NCBI GenBank assembly: GCA_033763555.1
Contig: JANRKK010000045.1
Location: 2,277 to 66,276 of the forward strand
Source of the DNA: Alphaproteobacteria bacterium
Lineage (GTDB): Bacteria > Pseudomonadota > Alphaproteobacteria > UBA9219
Reading direction: 5' to 3'
Length of the DNA: 64,000 nt
Shown piece after piece: positions 1 through 8,327 of the stretch. Both the position numbers and the translations under genes were made by a program. The notes under the pieces are model-generated. The model was not told the origin of the DNA. It searched no databases and saw nothing but the letters and a program-made list of their open reading frames with translations. Each line of letters begins with the position of its first letter. Position 1 is the stretch's first letter.

Positions 1-959
1 CTGATCTGAGCCTTCCCGAGCCCATTACAGGTGGCGAAACGCGTCAGGATTCCGTGCGTTTAGGGCTCGAAGCTCTAGCAAAATTGAAGAAACCGGGCAT
101 GGTCATGATCCATGATGCCGCCCGGCCTTTAATTGATGCGGCGACCATCACGGCTGTCCGCAAAGCCCTTGATAAAAGCAAGGGCGCCATTGCCGCCAAG
201 CCTCTGGTCGACACGCTGAAGCGCGGCAAAGATGAGCTGATCGAAACCACCATTGACCGCCAAAATCTCTGGCAGGCTCATACCCCGCAGGCTTTCCATT
301 TTGATGCTATTCTTGATGCCCACCGCGCCACCATAGGCGCTAAATTGACGGATGATGCCGCCGTGGCCGAAAAAGCCGGAATGACTGTTACCCTTGTCCC
401 CTCGAACCCTGACAATATGAAAATTACCAATCCTGACGATCTTGATCGCGCCGCCCGCCTGATGGGCCACAATTTTGGCGATGTCCGCACGGGCATGGGC
501 TTTGATGTTCACCGCCTCATTCCTGGCGATGCTATTATTATCTGCGGTGTCAAAATTCCACATAACCGCAAGGCTGAAGGCCATTCTGACGCCGATGTCG
601 GTCTGCATGCGCTGGTTGATGCTATTTTGGGCGCGATGGGTGCGGGCGATATCGGTCAGCACTTCCCGCCTTCCGATCCGCAATGGAAAGGCAAGGACAG
701 CGCGCATTTCGTACGCCATGTTGTTGGGTTGCTGAGCGAGCGCGGCGGTTTTATTGCACATGTCGATGTCACTCTGATGTGCGAGCAACCTCGCATCGGT
801 CCGCATCGTGATGCGATGGTGAAACGTATGGCTGAACTTCTTGAAGTCACTCCTGATCGCGTCAGCGTCAAGGCAACAACCACCGAACGTTTAGGCTTCA
901 CAGGTCGCGAAGAAGGCATTGCAGCGCAGGCGGTGGCAACGCTTCGCTTTCCGGGTTAA
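1..959 (+). CDS. ispDF: Bifunctional 2-C-methyl-D-erythritol 4-phosphate cytidylyltransferase / 2-C-methyl-D-erythritol 2,4-cyclodiphosphate synthase (IspDF), 5' end truncated by the window edge
   Basis: ORF track 54..959. The IspD segment (MVMIHDAARPL) is followed by the IspF motif (FDVHRL...GHSDADV...). The IspD part is too short for an internal start, so the gene begins upstream of the window. Confidence 0.88.
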   Translation, partial: DLSLPEPITGGETRQDSVRLGLEALAKLKKPGMVMIHDAARPLIDAATITAVRKALDKSKGAIAAKPLVDTLKRGKDELIETTIDRQNLWQAHTPQAFHFDAILDAHRATIGAKLTDDAAVAEKAGMTVTLVPSNPDNMKITNPDDLDRAARLMGHNFGDVRTGMGFDVHRLIPGDAIIICGVKIPHNRKAEGHSDADVGLHALVDAILGAMGAGDIGQHFPPSDPQWKGKDSAHFVRHVVGLLSERGGFIAHVDVTLMCEQPRIGPHRDAMVKRMAELLEVTPDRVSVKATTTERLGFTGREEGIAAQAVATLRFPG

Positions 960-964
960 CGGCA

Positions 965-1462
965 ATGTTTCCGCCTGATATTCACGATCTGGCGCGCAAA
1001 GTTATCGAAAGCTACACGGCGCAAAAACAGAAAATTGTCACCGCGGAATCCTGCACGGGCGGTCTGGTTGCAGCGGCGCTCACGCAAATTCCGGGTTCAT
1101 CCGCCGTTGTTGAGCGCGGTTTCGTTGCTTACAGCAATCAAGCCAAGACCGAAATTCTCGGCGTGATGCCGGAAACGCTCGAGGATTACGGCGCGGTTAG
1201 CGACAAGGTTGCTGAAGAAATGGCGCAAGGCGCTTTGGAGTTTTCGCAGGCCGATATTGCTGTTTCTGTAACGGGCATTGCAGGCCCATCCGGCGCTGAA
1301 ACAGGCAAGCCTGTGGGTCTGGTCTATTTCGGATTGGCCACCCGATCAGGTGCCGTCTTCCATTACAAAAGCCAATATAACGGCGATCGCGACGACATCC
1401 GTCTTCAGGCGACCCGTGAGGCTTTGCGGCTTTCACTTTCCATGGCGGATGAAGATAAATAA
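965..1462 (+). CDS. CinA C-terminal domain protein / nicotinamide-nucleotide amidohydrolase PncC-like
   Basis: 165 aa with a CinA_C-like sequence (ESCTGGLVAAALT...GAVSDKVAEEMA...GIAGPSG). It sits 6 nt downstream of ispDF, as is common in alphaproteobacteria. Confidence 0.78.
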   Translation: MFPPDIHDLARKVIESYTAQKQKIVTAESCTGGLVAAALTQIPGSSAVVERGFVAYSNQAKTEILGVMPETLEDYGAVSDKVAEEMAQGALEFSQADIAVSVTGIAGPSGAETGKPVGLVYFGLATRSGAVFHYKSQYNGDRDDIRLQATREALRLSLSMADEDK

Positions 1463-1522
1463 TATATATTTCAATTGGTTATAATAGTTTTTTATCAGAT
1501 TTATATGCCGGGAAAGTATTTT

Positions 1523-1550
1523 CACGCTTCGCATTTGCGAAGAATTCGTG
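1523..1550. promoter_or_regulatory. Dyad-symmetric element (CACG-CTTCGCA-TT-TGCGAAG-AATT-CGTG) in the AT-rich region upstream of the priming transferase
   Basis: The palindrome was read directly from the sequence. It lies between the cinA-like stop (1462) and the 1603 start. Confidence 0.3.
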
Positions 1551-1602
1551 TATATCAATCTCTTCCGTTAATAGTCTGTTAATAACTTAAAGAGCCGTTC
1601 CT

Positions 1603-3165
1603 ATGGTCCAGATTTCATTGAAAAACAAAGCGGCTCAAGCCAAGCCGCAGATCCACGAAGATGTGGATAATATGCTCGCGCAAGTTGAGAATCTTGCCCG
1701 CGAAGCGCGTCAGCCTGAAATCACGGAAACCATCAACGAAGCGCCGCGTAGCTTCCCGAATTTTACCCGCCTGCTACAAATTTCGGGTCGTTACCTGATG
1801 ATGAGCGACATTGTCGCCCTGCTGGCTGCTTTTACATGCGGTGGCGTCGGAGCCTGGGCCGTTGATGTCTATCTGTTCAACGAAGGCTTCCAGGAATTGT
1901 TCCATATTATGTCATTGCAGCAATTTGCCATCTTCACAGGCTTGGGCGCAGTTGCGCTGCTGTGGCTGGACACCAAAGGCCATTACCGTCAGCGCCTCCC
2001 TTATTGGGAAGTCATTGGTCATCTGGTTGCCGTGGTCATGCTCGGGTTCCTTGCGGGAGGCTTTATTCAATTCGCTTCCAAGAATGACTCCTCCCGTTTG
2101 TGGATGGGGTTGAGCTGGCTGATGTTTGGCGTGTTTTTGCTGACGGGCCGCACCCTCGTGCGCCGTATGTTGGAGAAACACGGCCTCTGGAAAGTTCCAG
2201 CCGTCATGATCGGCACAGGCCCGACGGCCCAGGCAGCGATGAGTACCCTGAATCGCGAACGCAAGATGGGTTTTGCGCTGGTCAAACAAATTGATGCTTC
2301 GGCTTTGGAAACCTTGTCGAAGCCGCATGCCTGGAAGCATTTGCTGATGACGCATGGTGCATCGCATATTTTCCTCGCGCTGGAAGGCAGTGAAGTCGAA
2401 AAAAATTCAGTGGCGATCAAATCCATGGTTCGCGCGCGCGTCCCCTGCTCCATCATTCCGGCCTGGCTTGGCTTGCCGTCCAGCACGCTGTCGCCGCATC
2501 ACTTCATGATGCATGACGTTGTGCTGCTGCATAACACCAACCGCTTGCAATTGCCCTTGCCGCGCCTGCTCAAGCGCAGCTTCGATATTCTTCTCGCAGG
2601 AACAGCCCTTGTTGTACTGTCGCCTTTGTTTGCTGGCGTTGCTTTGTTGGTGCGTCGTGATGGTGGCCCGGCCTTTTTCAAGCAGGCGCGTGTTGGCCGC
2701 GGCGGACGTCTGTTCAATTGCTATAAGTTCCGCTCTATGCGCATCGATGCCGAGAAATTTCTCGCGCGTTATCTGATTGAAAATCCCGCTGCCGCACAGG
2801 AATGGCGCCAGTTTCAGAAACTGAAAAATGATGTGCGCGTCACGAAGTTTGGCCAATTCATTCGCCGCACCAGCCTCGATGAATTGCCGCAGCTGATCAA
2901 TGTGCTGAAAGGCGAAATGAGCCTTGTAGGTCCGCGTCCCTGTATGCCCGGACAGGAAGATTTCTATGCCGAAGATTTCAGCTTCTATGAATCCGTGCGC
3001 CCGGGCATCACAGGCCCATGGCAGGTCAGCGGTCGCAACAAGCTGACTTTCAAGGAACGCGTCCAGCTGGAATCCTGGTATGCGCGTAACTGGAGTCTGT
3101 GGATGGACGTTGTTATCGTTCTGAAAACAGTCCCAACGTTGCTCAAAAAAGATCAGGCGTTTTAA
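1603..3165 (+). CDS. Undecaprenyl-phosphate hexose-1-phosphate transferase (WbaP/PssA/ExoY-family priming sugar transferase) with an N-terminal multi-TM domain
   Basis: 520 aa. The C-terminal bacterial sugar transferase signature is present ([11 protein letters not shown]...[21 protein letters not shown]), with TM helices in the first 200 aa. Confidence 0.85.
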   Translation: MVQISLKNKAAQAKPQIHEDVDNMLAQVENLAREARQPEITETINEAPRSFPNFTRLLQISGRYLMMSDIVALLAAFTCGGVGAWAVDVYLFNEGFQELFHIMSLQQFAIFTGLGAVALLWLDTKGHYRQRLPYWEVIGHLVAVVMLGFLAGGFIQFASKNDSSRLWMGLSWLMFGVFLLTGRTLVRRMLEKHGLWKVPAVMIGTGPTAQAAMSTLNRERKMGFALVKQIDASALETLSKPHAWKHLLMTHGASHIFLALEGSEVEKNSVAIKSMVRARVPCSIIPAWLGLPSSTLSPHHFMMHDVVLLHNTNRLQLPLPRLLKRSFDILLAGTALVVLSPLFAGVALLVRRDGGPAFFKQARVGRGGRLFNCYKFRSMRIDAEKFLARYLIENPAAAQEWRQFQKLKNDVRVTKFGQFIRRTSLDELPQLINVLKGEMSLVGPRPCMPGQEDFYAEDFSFYESVRPGITGPWQVSGRNKLTFKERVQLESWYARNWSLWMDVVIVLKTVPTLLKKDQAF

Positions 3166-3223
3166 GAGCGTTTGCCTGATCAATATTTAAATCATTTATA
3201 CAGATCAAGCAGGCGATTTATTC

Positions 3224-3688
3224 ATGCCGCGTCCCTACAAAATATCTGATGAAACCCGTCGCCAAAAATCCGAACAACTGAAACGGCAATGGAAAGATCC
3301 TCAGTTTAAAGAGATAGCTAAAACGACTGCTAGAAACACCATGAAACAGCAATGGGCCAATCCGGAAATCAGAGCTCGGCGAACATCTGCTGCCAGAAAA
3401 CGAATGACACGATTAAATGCTGACCCTCTCTTTAAAGCTAAAGCAAGAGTAGCTGGAGGAAAAATTTTAAAGCGACTAAACGCAGATCCTGTAATGCGTA
3501 GCAGAATAATGGCCGCGTCTCGTGAAGCCATGGTGCGATTGAATGCTGACCCGGCATTTAGAGCCAAAAACGCAGCTGCGATGAGTGAGCGCATGAAAAA
3601 GCTGTGGGACAATCCCGAAAGCCGGGAAGCAATGTTGGAGGCCCGAAGAATTAAAAGAGAGCTACGCTCTAAGCCACCCACTCCGTAA
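3224..3688 (+). CDS. Hypothetical basic protein built of six tandem ~21-22 aa helical repeats (LNADPxF[KR]AK..., WxNPExR...)
   Basis: 154 aa, lacking Cys, with a run of six similar ~21-22 aa segments containing the motifs LNADP and W-x-[DN]-P-[EQ]. GC is visibly lower (~45%) than the neighbours. The 3' end overlaps the convergent GH10 gene by 27 nt. Confidence 0.55.
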   Translation: MPRPYKISDETRRQKSEQLKRQWKDPQFKEIAKTTARNTMKQQWANPEIRARRTSAARKRMTRLNADPLFKAKARVAGGKILKRLNADPVMRSRIMAASREAMVRLNADPAFRAKNAAAMSERMKKLWDNPESREAMLEARRIKRELRSKPPTP

Positions 3689-4810
3689 ACTTTCCCACAA
3701 AGGCCCGCGCTGATAATTTGTATCGAGCGGCAGGCTTCCTTGCGCATCGCCTAGGGCATCTTCCAGCCAGCTGCGGCGGTCGCTCAACCCCCATGTCAGC
3801 AGCGTATTGACGGATCCGCTTTCTTGCACCATGGCGAGGTAGGTCTGCACATAATTTTGCGCGAAGGTGCTTCGTTCATAGCCCTCACCTGGAACACGGC
3901 TAAGATCGAGATCAAGCTCGGTTATATAAATCTCAATCCCCAAACCACGAACTGTTTTCAGGAATTCGGTAAAGTCCCTGCCTCCCAAGGGCAGATGGCA
4001 TCGCAAATGGCTTTGCAGTCCCAGCGCATGAATTGGAACGTTTTTGGTTTTGAGTTTTTTGAGAAGATTCAGAAGAAGTTTTCGTTTGGCATATCCATAG
4101 CCATCACCGCGTTCCAAACCAAAATCATTGTAGACAAGCGTAAGCCCCGGATCGACCTGATGTGCATAGTGGAACACCTGAGAGATGTAATTCGGGCCAA
4201 GTGCTTTGAGCCATAGCGTCTCACGCAAACCATCCTTGCGCGGTGAACGCGGATCGATCGCCTCATTAACGACATCCCAATTGCGGATCATCGGTGAAGT
4301 TTCGGCAACTACACGCTCGATATGTGCGCGCAGAATTTTTTCTGCGGTCTTTTTATTTTTGAGTTCGGGCACAAGCCATGATGGGTTTGCATGATGCCAG
4401 ACCAAAACATGTCCACGCATCGCCAGGCTGTTGGCTTGCGCAAATTGTGCCAGACGATGATAGCCGCTGAAATCAAATTCCGCAGGCGATGGTCGCAACG
4501 CATCCCATTTCAACTCACCCTCGGGAACAAGCAACGCGACTTCCCTCTTCAACGCCTCGGCAAAGCGATGGTCATTGAGCTGGCTGCTTTTAACAGCAGC
4601 ACCATAAAGGCGGCCTTTTTTGCGGGCCAAAGCCCCCAGGCCTGGGCTGCGAAAGCCCGTTTCCGGATAAAGGCTGAGAGATTCGCATCCGGCTAGGCTC
4701 AGGCCTGAAAATCCGAGCAGCGGCAGGCCCAAAAGAGCCCGTAAAAAATCGCGGCGCAAAATATTTTTTGGGGAGAGAAAGCTCGAATGCATGCAAACGG
4801 ATAAAAACAT
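3662..4810 (-). CDS. Glycoside hydrolase family 10 (endo-beta-1,4-xylanase-like) with a twin-arginine (Tat) signal and lipobox
   Basis: The GH10 catalytic motifs WDVVNEA (acid/base) and ITELDLD (nucleophile) are present. The N-terminus carries RRDFLRALLGLPLLGF...LAGC, a Tat motif plus lipobox-like Cys. Confidence 0.8.
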   Translation of the reverse strand: MFLSVCMHSSFLSPKNILRRDFLRALLGLPLLGFSGLSLAGCESLSLYPETGFRSPGLGALARKKGRLYGAAVKSSQLNDHRFAEALKREVALLVPEGELKWDALRPSPAEFDFSGYHRLAQFAQANSLAMRGHVLVWHHANPSWLVPELKNKKTAEKILRAHIERVVAETSPMIRNWDVVNEAIDPRSPRKDGLRETLWLKALGPNYISQVFHYAHQVDPGLTLVYNDFGLERGDGYGYAKRKLLLNLLKKLKTKNVPIHALGLQSHLRCHLPLGGRDFTEFLKTVRGLGIEIYITELDLDLSRVPGEGYERSTFAQNYVQTYLAMVQESGSVNTLLTWGLSDRRSWLEDALGDAQGSLPLDTNYQRGPLWESLRSGWLRA

Positions 4811-4949
4811 AAGAAAAAGAAGGGCGAAATAGAAAAATTGGATAAAATTTAAAGTAAATCATCCGTTAATACTAAGTATAATTAAAAAGCGATTAGTCAT
4901 ACGCATCTAAGATGGACCTTGATTTCAACAAGTATTCAAGGTCTTTCCC

Positions 4950-5459
4950 GTGAAAAATTACTTAAAGATATTTTCCGTTTTGAGCCTTATTGCGCTTGCG
5001 AACTGCGCGCAAACTTCGGCTGTATCTGACGGAACCACTATCCCCTCTGAAACCCTGGCCCCCCTGGCCAGCTGGGTTGGACAGGCCACCAAAGTCCCCA
5101 TGGTGTCCTTACCCATTACAGTTGCCAGCAATACCCGGCTGAAATCAGCCATGGGCCTGGAAGGCGTTCAACAGGCCCGTGCCATGGCAGCCTATCTGCC
5201 TGGCCAGATCGTCATCAATAACCTGGCCTGGGACCCTGAATCGCTGCGTTCCCAAAGCTATTTGGTCCATGAGCTTGTCCATCATGCCCAGCTCCTTAGC
5301 GGCCGTAAGTATGCCTGCCATGCGGCCAAAGAAAGCGAAGCTTACAGGCTGCAAAATCAATGGCTTGTCGAGCATGGCCTCTCGGCTATCACCAGTGACC
5401 AATGGATCGCCGAAATTGCATCCTGCAAGGGTGATGCTGACGACCATGGGTCGCTCTAG
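4950..5459 (+). CDS. Hypothetical lipoprotein with an HExxH motif (possible small zinc metallopeptidase)
   Basis: 169 aa with signal/lipobox MKNYLKIFSVLSLIALANC and the motif HELVHHAQ. An AT-rich divergent promoter region is shared with the GH10 gene. Confidence 0.5.
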   Translation: MKNYLKIFSVLSLIALANCAQTSAVSDGTTIPSETLAPLASWVGQATKVPMVSLPITVASNTRLKSAMGLEGVQQARAMAAYLPGQIVINNLAWDPESLRSQSYLVHELVHHAQLLSGRKYACHAAKESEAYRLQNQWLVEHGLSAITSDQWIAEIASCKGDADDHGSL

Positions 5460-5706
5460 CCTGACCTAAGTCTTCCTTTGATTTTTACCGATAAGTCAAA
5501 ATATTCAATTAATTTCAATTAGTTGAATAGATATCACATTGTTTTAAAAATACCACATAGGCCTTAAAAGCTTTCCCTGGGCCTCGATTTCCCCCTGTTA
5601 ACTATAAAAATTTGTGGAAAAAATATAGCGGACTCCTTAGAACATGGGGGTCTTGTGAGGGGCTTCGACGGTCTTGGCCGCACGCAAAAAACGTAAGGGG
5701 AACATC

Positions 5707-6285
5707 ATGAAAAAGCTTCTTTTAGTCATTGCACTCGTATTCTCGATTGCCGGAATTTCTCCGGTACACGCAGCCACCTGGACGAACGAAGTTCAGGCAG
5801 CCATCCAAAGCGGCAATTTTGAACAAATCAACGTCATCGGCGCAAAAAATCCTTCGGCCGCTGGCGACATCGCCGTCTATCTGCTGCAGCAGTCTCAGAA
5901 CAAAGCTCTGTCGCAAGATGTGCGCGTGAAGCTGTTTACGGCTGCAACGCCGTTCGCAGGTCAGATTGCCCCGAACGACACGGCCGCTGCAGGCAAAATC
6001 ATCAATGCGATGCTGGCTTTGGCGAACAACCCGGCTTTCCAAAAGACCAATCCGAACGCTGCCGCTGACATCTACGCCAGCGCTCTGAACATGAGCGGTC
6101 AGCCGAACATGATTGTTGGCAACCCCAACCTGCACAACGCCGTTCTGGCTGATGCCGATGATTTCCTCGGCAACGCTCCGGCGGATGCGGACAAGAGATT
6201 GCGTGAACAGGTCAGCTTGGCTTTGTTTGTCGGCGCTCCCCCTCCCCTGGGTCCGCGCGGCATCATCAACCCGAGCTTTGAGTAA
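5707..6285 (+). CDS. Hypothetical secreted protein (Ala/Asn/Pro-rich)
   Basis: Start chosen at MKKLLLVIALVFSIAGISPVHA (signal peptide), preceded by the RBS AAGGGGAA. The ORF-track start at 5674 is probably too far upstream. Confidence 0.55.
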   Translation: MKKLLLVIALVFSIAGISPVHAATWTNEVQAAIQSGNFEQINVIGAKNPSAAGDIAVYLLQQSQNKALSQDVRVKLFTAATPFAGQIAPNDTAAAGKIINAMLALANNPAFQKTNPNAAADIYASALNMSGQPNMIVGNPNLHNAVLADADDFLGNAPADADKRLREQVSLALFVGAPPPLGPRGIINPSFE

Positions 6286-6326
6286 TCACGTTTAGGTTTT
6301 GTTAGGCTTTTGACGTCTTGAATAAC

Positions 6327-6357
6327 CCCCGGCGGGTCCTCCGCCGGGGAGTCTTTT
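6327..6357 (+). terminator. Rho-independent terminator (CCCCGGCGG-GTCCT-CCGCCGGGG followed by a T-run)
   Basis: A GC-rich hairpin plus TCTTTTG immediately follows the 6285 stop. Confidence 0.6.
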
Positions 6358-6377
6358 GAGAATAACCGGAGGGTTGA

Positions 6378-7685
6378 ATGAAGAGAGTGTTTCTTGCTGT
6401 GGTCATTCTGACTGTCAGCTTTGTGGTGGCAAAAACCGCGCAAGCCGATGCCGGATTGCTTGGCCAAAACGTGCAAGTGCTCGATGCGTCGCTGAACATG
6501 CGCCGCTCAACCACCGAACAAATCGACCCCATCCGCGGCCAATCGGTTCTAATGCGCCCGCGTCCGGATTTCGATCCTGTGCCAATTCCCGTTGGCTCGT
6601 TCCAGCTGTTCCCGGCCATCAACGTCGGCACCTACTACGACAGCAACATCTTCGCCTTGCAGAACAATGAAGAGAGAGACCTTGTATGGAAAATCAACCC
6701 GACAATGTCTTTCCTGTCCAACTGGGGTCGTCATGCGCTCGGATTTACGGGGCTGGCGGATATTGATTACTACACCGTCGATGACAAACAGAATTACGCA
6801 GGCGGCGCCATGCAGGCAGAAGGTCGCTATGACATCTCCGAACAAATGTGGCTGTCAGGCGTTGGCGGCTATCAGCGTGTAACAGAACTCAAGGGTTCTC
6901 CTGCCGACCAAGGTAATGCCGCTGGCCCCAGTCAATATGATCTTTACAGTGCTGGCGCGCAGTTTTATCGCGGCGTTGGTCTTCTGAAGACCACGGTCAA
7001 TTACAACTTTGGCTACTACGAATACAGTCCCGTTGAAATCATCGGTGGTGGCACAGCAAGCCAAAGTGCGCGTGACCGTACCCAGAACAAGGTCGATGGT
7101 GAAGTCCGTTACGATGTTACGGAAAACCTCAAGCCCTTCATCCGCGGTGCTTATAACTGGCGCGACTACACGACAACCAGCTCTCACTCATCGAATGGTT
7201 ATAATATCGATGTTGGTGCTGCGATGGATTTCGGTGGCATCACAACAGCCGAAGCCTATATCGGTTACATGTCGCAGGACTATTACAACTTCATGAGCGG
7301 CGTGGTGGATGCGATCGATTTCGGCGGCAACCTCCTCTGGAACGTAACGCCTCTCACTTCGGTTGAATTCCGTGCCCGCCGCAGCATTGAAGAAACGACG
7401 GTTGGTTCAGCTTCGTCCTTTCTGGCTTCGGAAGGCCAGATGATCCTGAGTCATGAGCTGAGACGCGACATCGTTCTCCAGTCCCGCGTGATCTATGACG
7501 GGTTGGATTACAACGAAATCGAACGCCATGATGATCTGTATGATGTCGGCGTCGGCGCGCGTTACTACATGAACCGTAACTTTTATGGCGACTTCACTTA
7601 TGACTTCCAGCGCCGCACGACGGATGCTGCTGGTCTGAACTATGACCGCCATATCGCGTTCCTACGGTTTGGCGCGCAATACTAA
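6378..7685 (+). CDS. Outer-membrane beta-barrel protein, probable partner of the downstream short OPX export protein
   Basis: 435 aa with signal peptide MKRVFLAVVILTVSFVVAKTAQA. It is Tyr/Gly/Asn-rich with alternating beta-strand patterns and a C-terminal aromatic end (...LRFGAQY). It sits 14 nt upstream of the Wza-like gene. Confidence 0.7.
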   Translation: MKRVFLAVVILTVSFVVAKTAQADAGLLGQNVQVLDASLNMRRSTTEQIDPIRGQSVLMRPRPDFDPVPIPVGSFQLFPAINVGTYYDSNIFALQNNEERDLVWKINPTMSFLSNWGRHALGFTGLADIDYYTVDDKQNYAGGAMQAEGRYDISEQMWLSGVGGYQRVTELKGSPADQGNAAGPSQYDLYSAGAQFYRGVGLLKTTVNYNFGYYEYSPVEIIGGGTASQSARDRTQNKVDGEVRYDVTENLKPFIRGAYNWRDYTTTSSHSSNGYNIDVGAAMDFGGITTAEAYIGYMSQDYYNFMSGVVDAIDFGGNLLWNVTPLTSVEFRARRSIEETTVGSASSFLASEGQMILSHELRRDIVLQSRVIYDGLDYNEIERHDDLYDVGVGARYYMNRNFYGDFTYDFQRRTTDAAGLNYDRHIAFLRFGAQY

Positions 7686-7698
7686 CTTTAACTGACAG

Positions 7699-8277
7699 GT
7701 GTCCATGCCGTTCAGGGGTCTTCTGTTCGCTGCTGTTGTGTGCGCTGGCTTAGGTTCTGCGCCTATGCTGTCTGTGGCAGAAACGGCAACGCCATCCCCT
7801 GCTCCAGCTCCCCAGAAAATCAGCGATTATGTGCTGGGTGTTGGCGATAAGCTGAAGATTACCGTCTTCGGTGAGGACAACCTCTCGGGTGACTTTGAGA
7901 TTTCTTCGACAGGCGTGATTTCCATGTCCCTGATCGGAGAAGTGAAAGCTTCGGGTTTGACTATTACGCAGGTGCAGAACACGATTACCCGCAAGCTGTC
8001 CGAGGGCTACATGAAGAACCCGCATGTCAGCCTTCAGGTCTTGAATTACAGGCCCTTTTTTATCGTGGGTGAAGTGATGAAGCCCGGCAGTTACAATTAT
8101 GTAAATGGCATGACGGTGATCAATGCTGTCGCGCTGGCCGGGGGTTATACATATAGAGCCGACAAAGACGATATTAAGGTAAAGCATGGAGGGCCCGACG
8201 CCAAGGAAGAGCCTGCAAAAGAAGGCACGGCTATTCTTCCCGGCGATGTTGTTAACGTGCCTGAAAGATTTTTCTGA
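7699..8277 (+). CDS. Polysaccharide export protein, Wza/GumB/ExoF-like OPX (short form, periplasmic Poly_export domain only)
   Basis: 192 aa with a signal peptide and a Poly_export-like core (YVLGVGDKLKITVFGEDNLSG...ITQVQNTITRKLSEGYMKNPHVSLQVLNYRPFFIVGEV). It is too short to contain a C-terminal OM-spanning helix domain. Confidence 0.8.
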   Translation: MSMPFRGLLFAAVVCAGLGSAPMLSVAETATPSPAPAPQKISDYVLGVGDKLKITVFGEDNLSGDFEISSTGVISMSLIGEVKASGLTITQVQNTITRKLSEGYMKNPHVSLQVLNYRPFFIVGEVMKPGSYNYVNGMTVINAVALAGGYTYRADKDDIKVKHGGPDAKEEPAKEGTAILPGDVVNVPERFF

Positions 8278-8327
8278 TTAATTATTAGCCCCTTCCATGG
8301 GGTCTTAATACCCGAAAGCAGGATGAT

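Noticed and set aside
129-806. 225-aa ORF on the minus strand inside ispDF
   Set aside because: Antisense to a well-supported conserved gene. There is no domain and the composition is biased, so this is shadow-ORF noise.
2407-3183. 258-aa minus-strand ORF overlapping the priming transferase
   Set aside because: Antisense shadow of the sugar transferase gene. No recognisable motif.
5674-5706. Upstream extension MAARKKRKGNI of the secreted-protein ORF
   Set aside because: A strong RBS (AAGGGGAA) sits inside the extension just before MKKLLL, and the signal peptide starts there. The longer start is unlikely.
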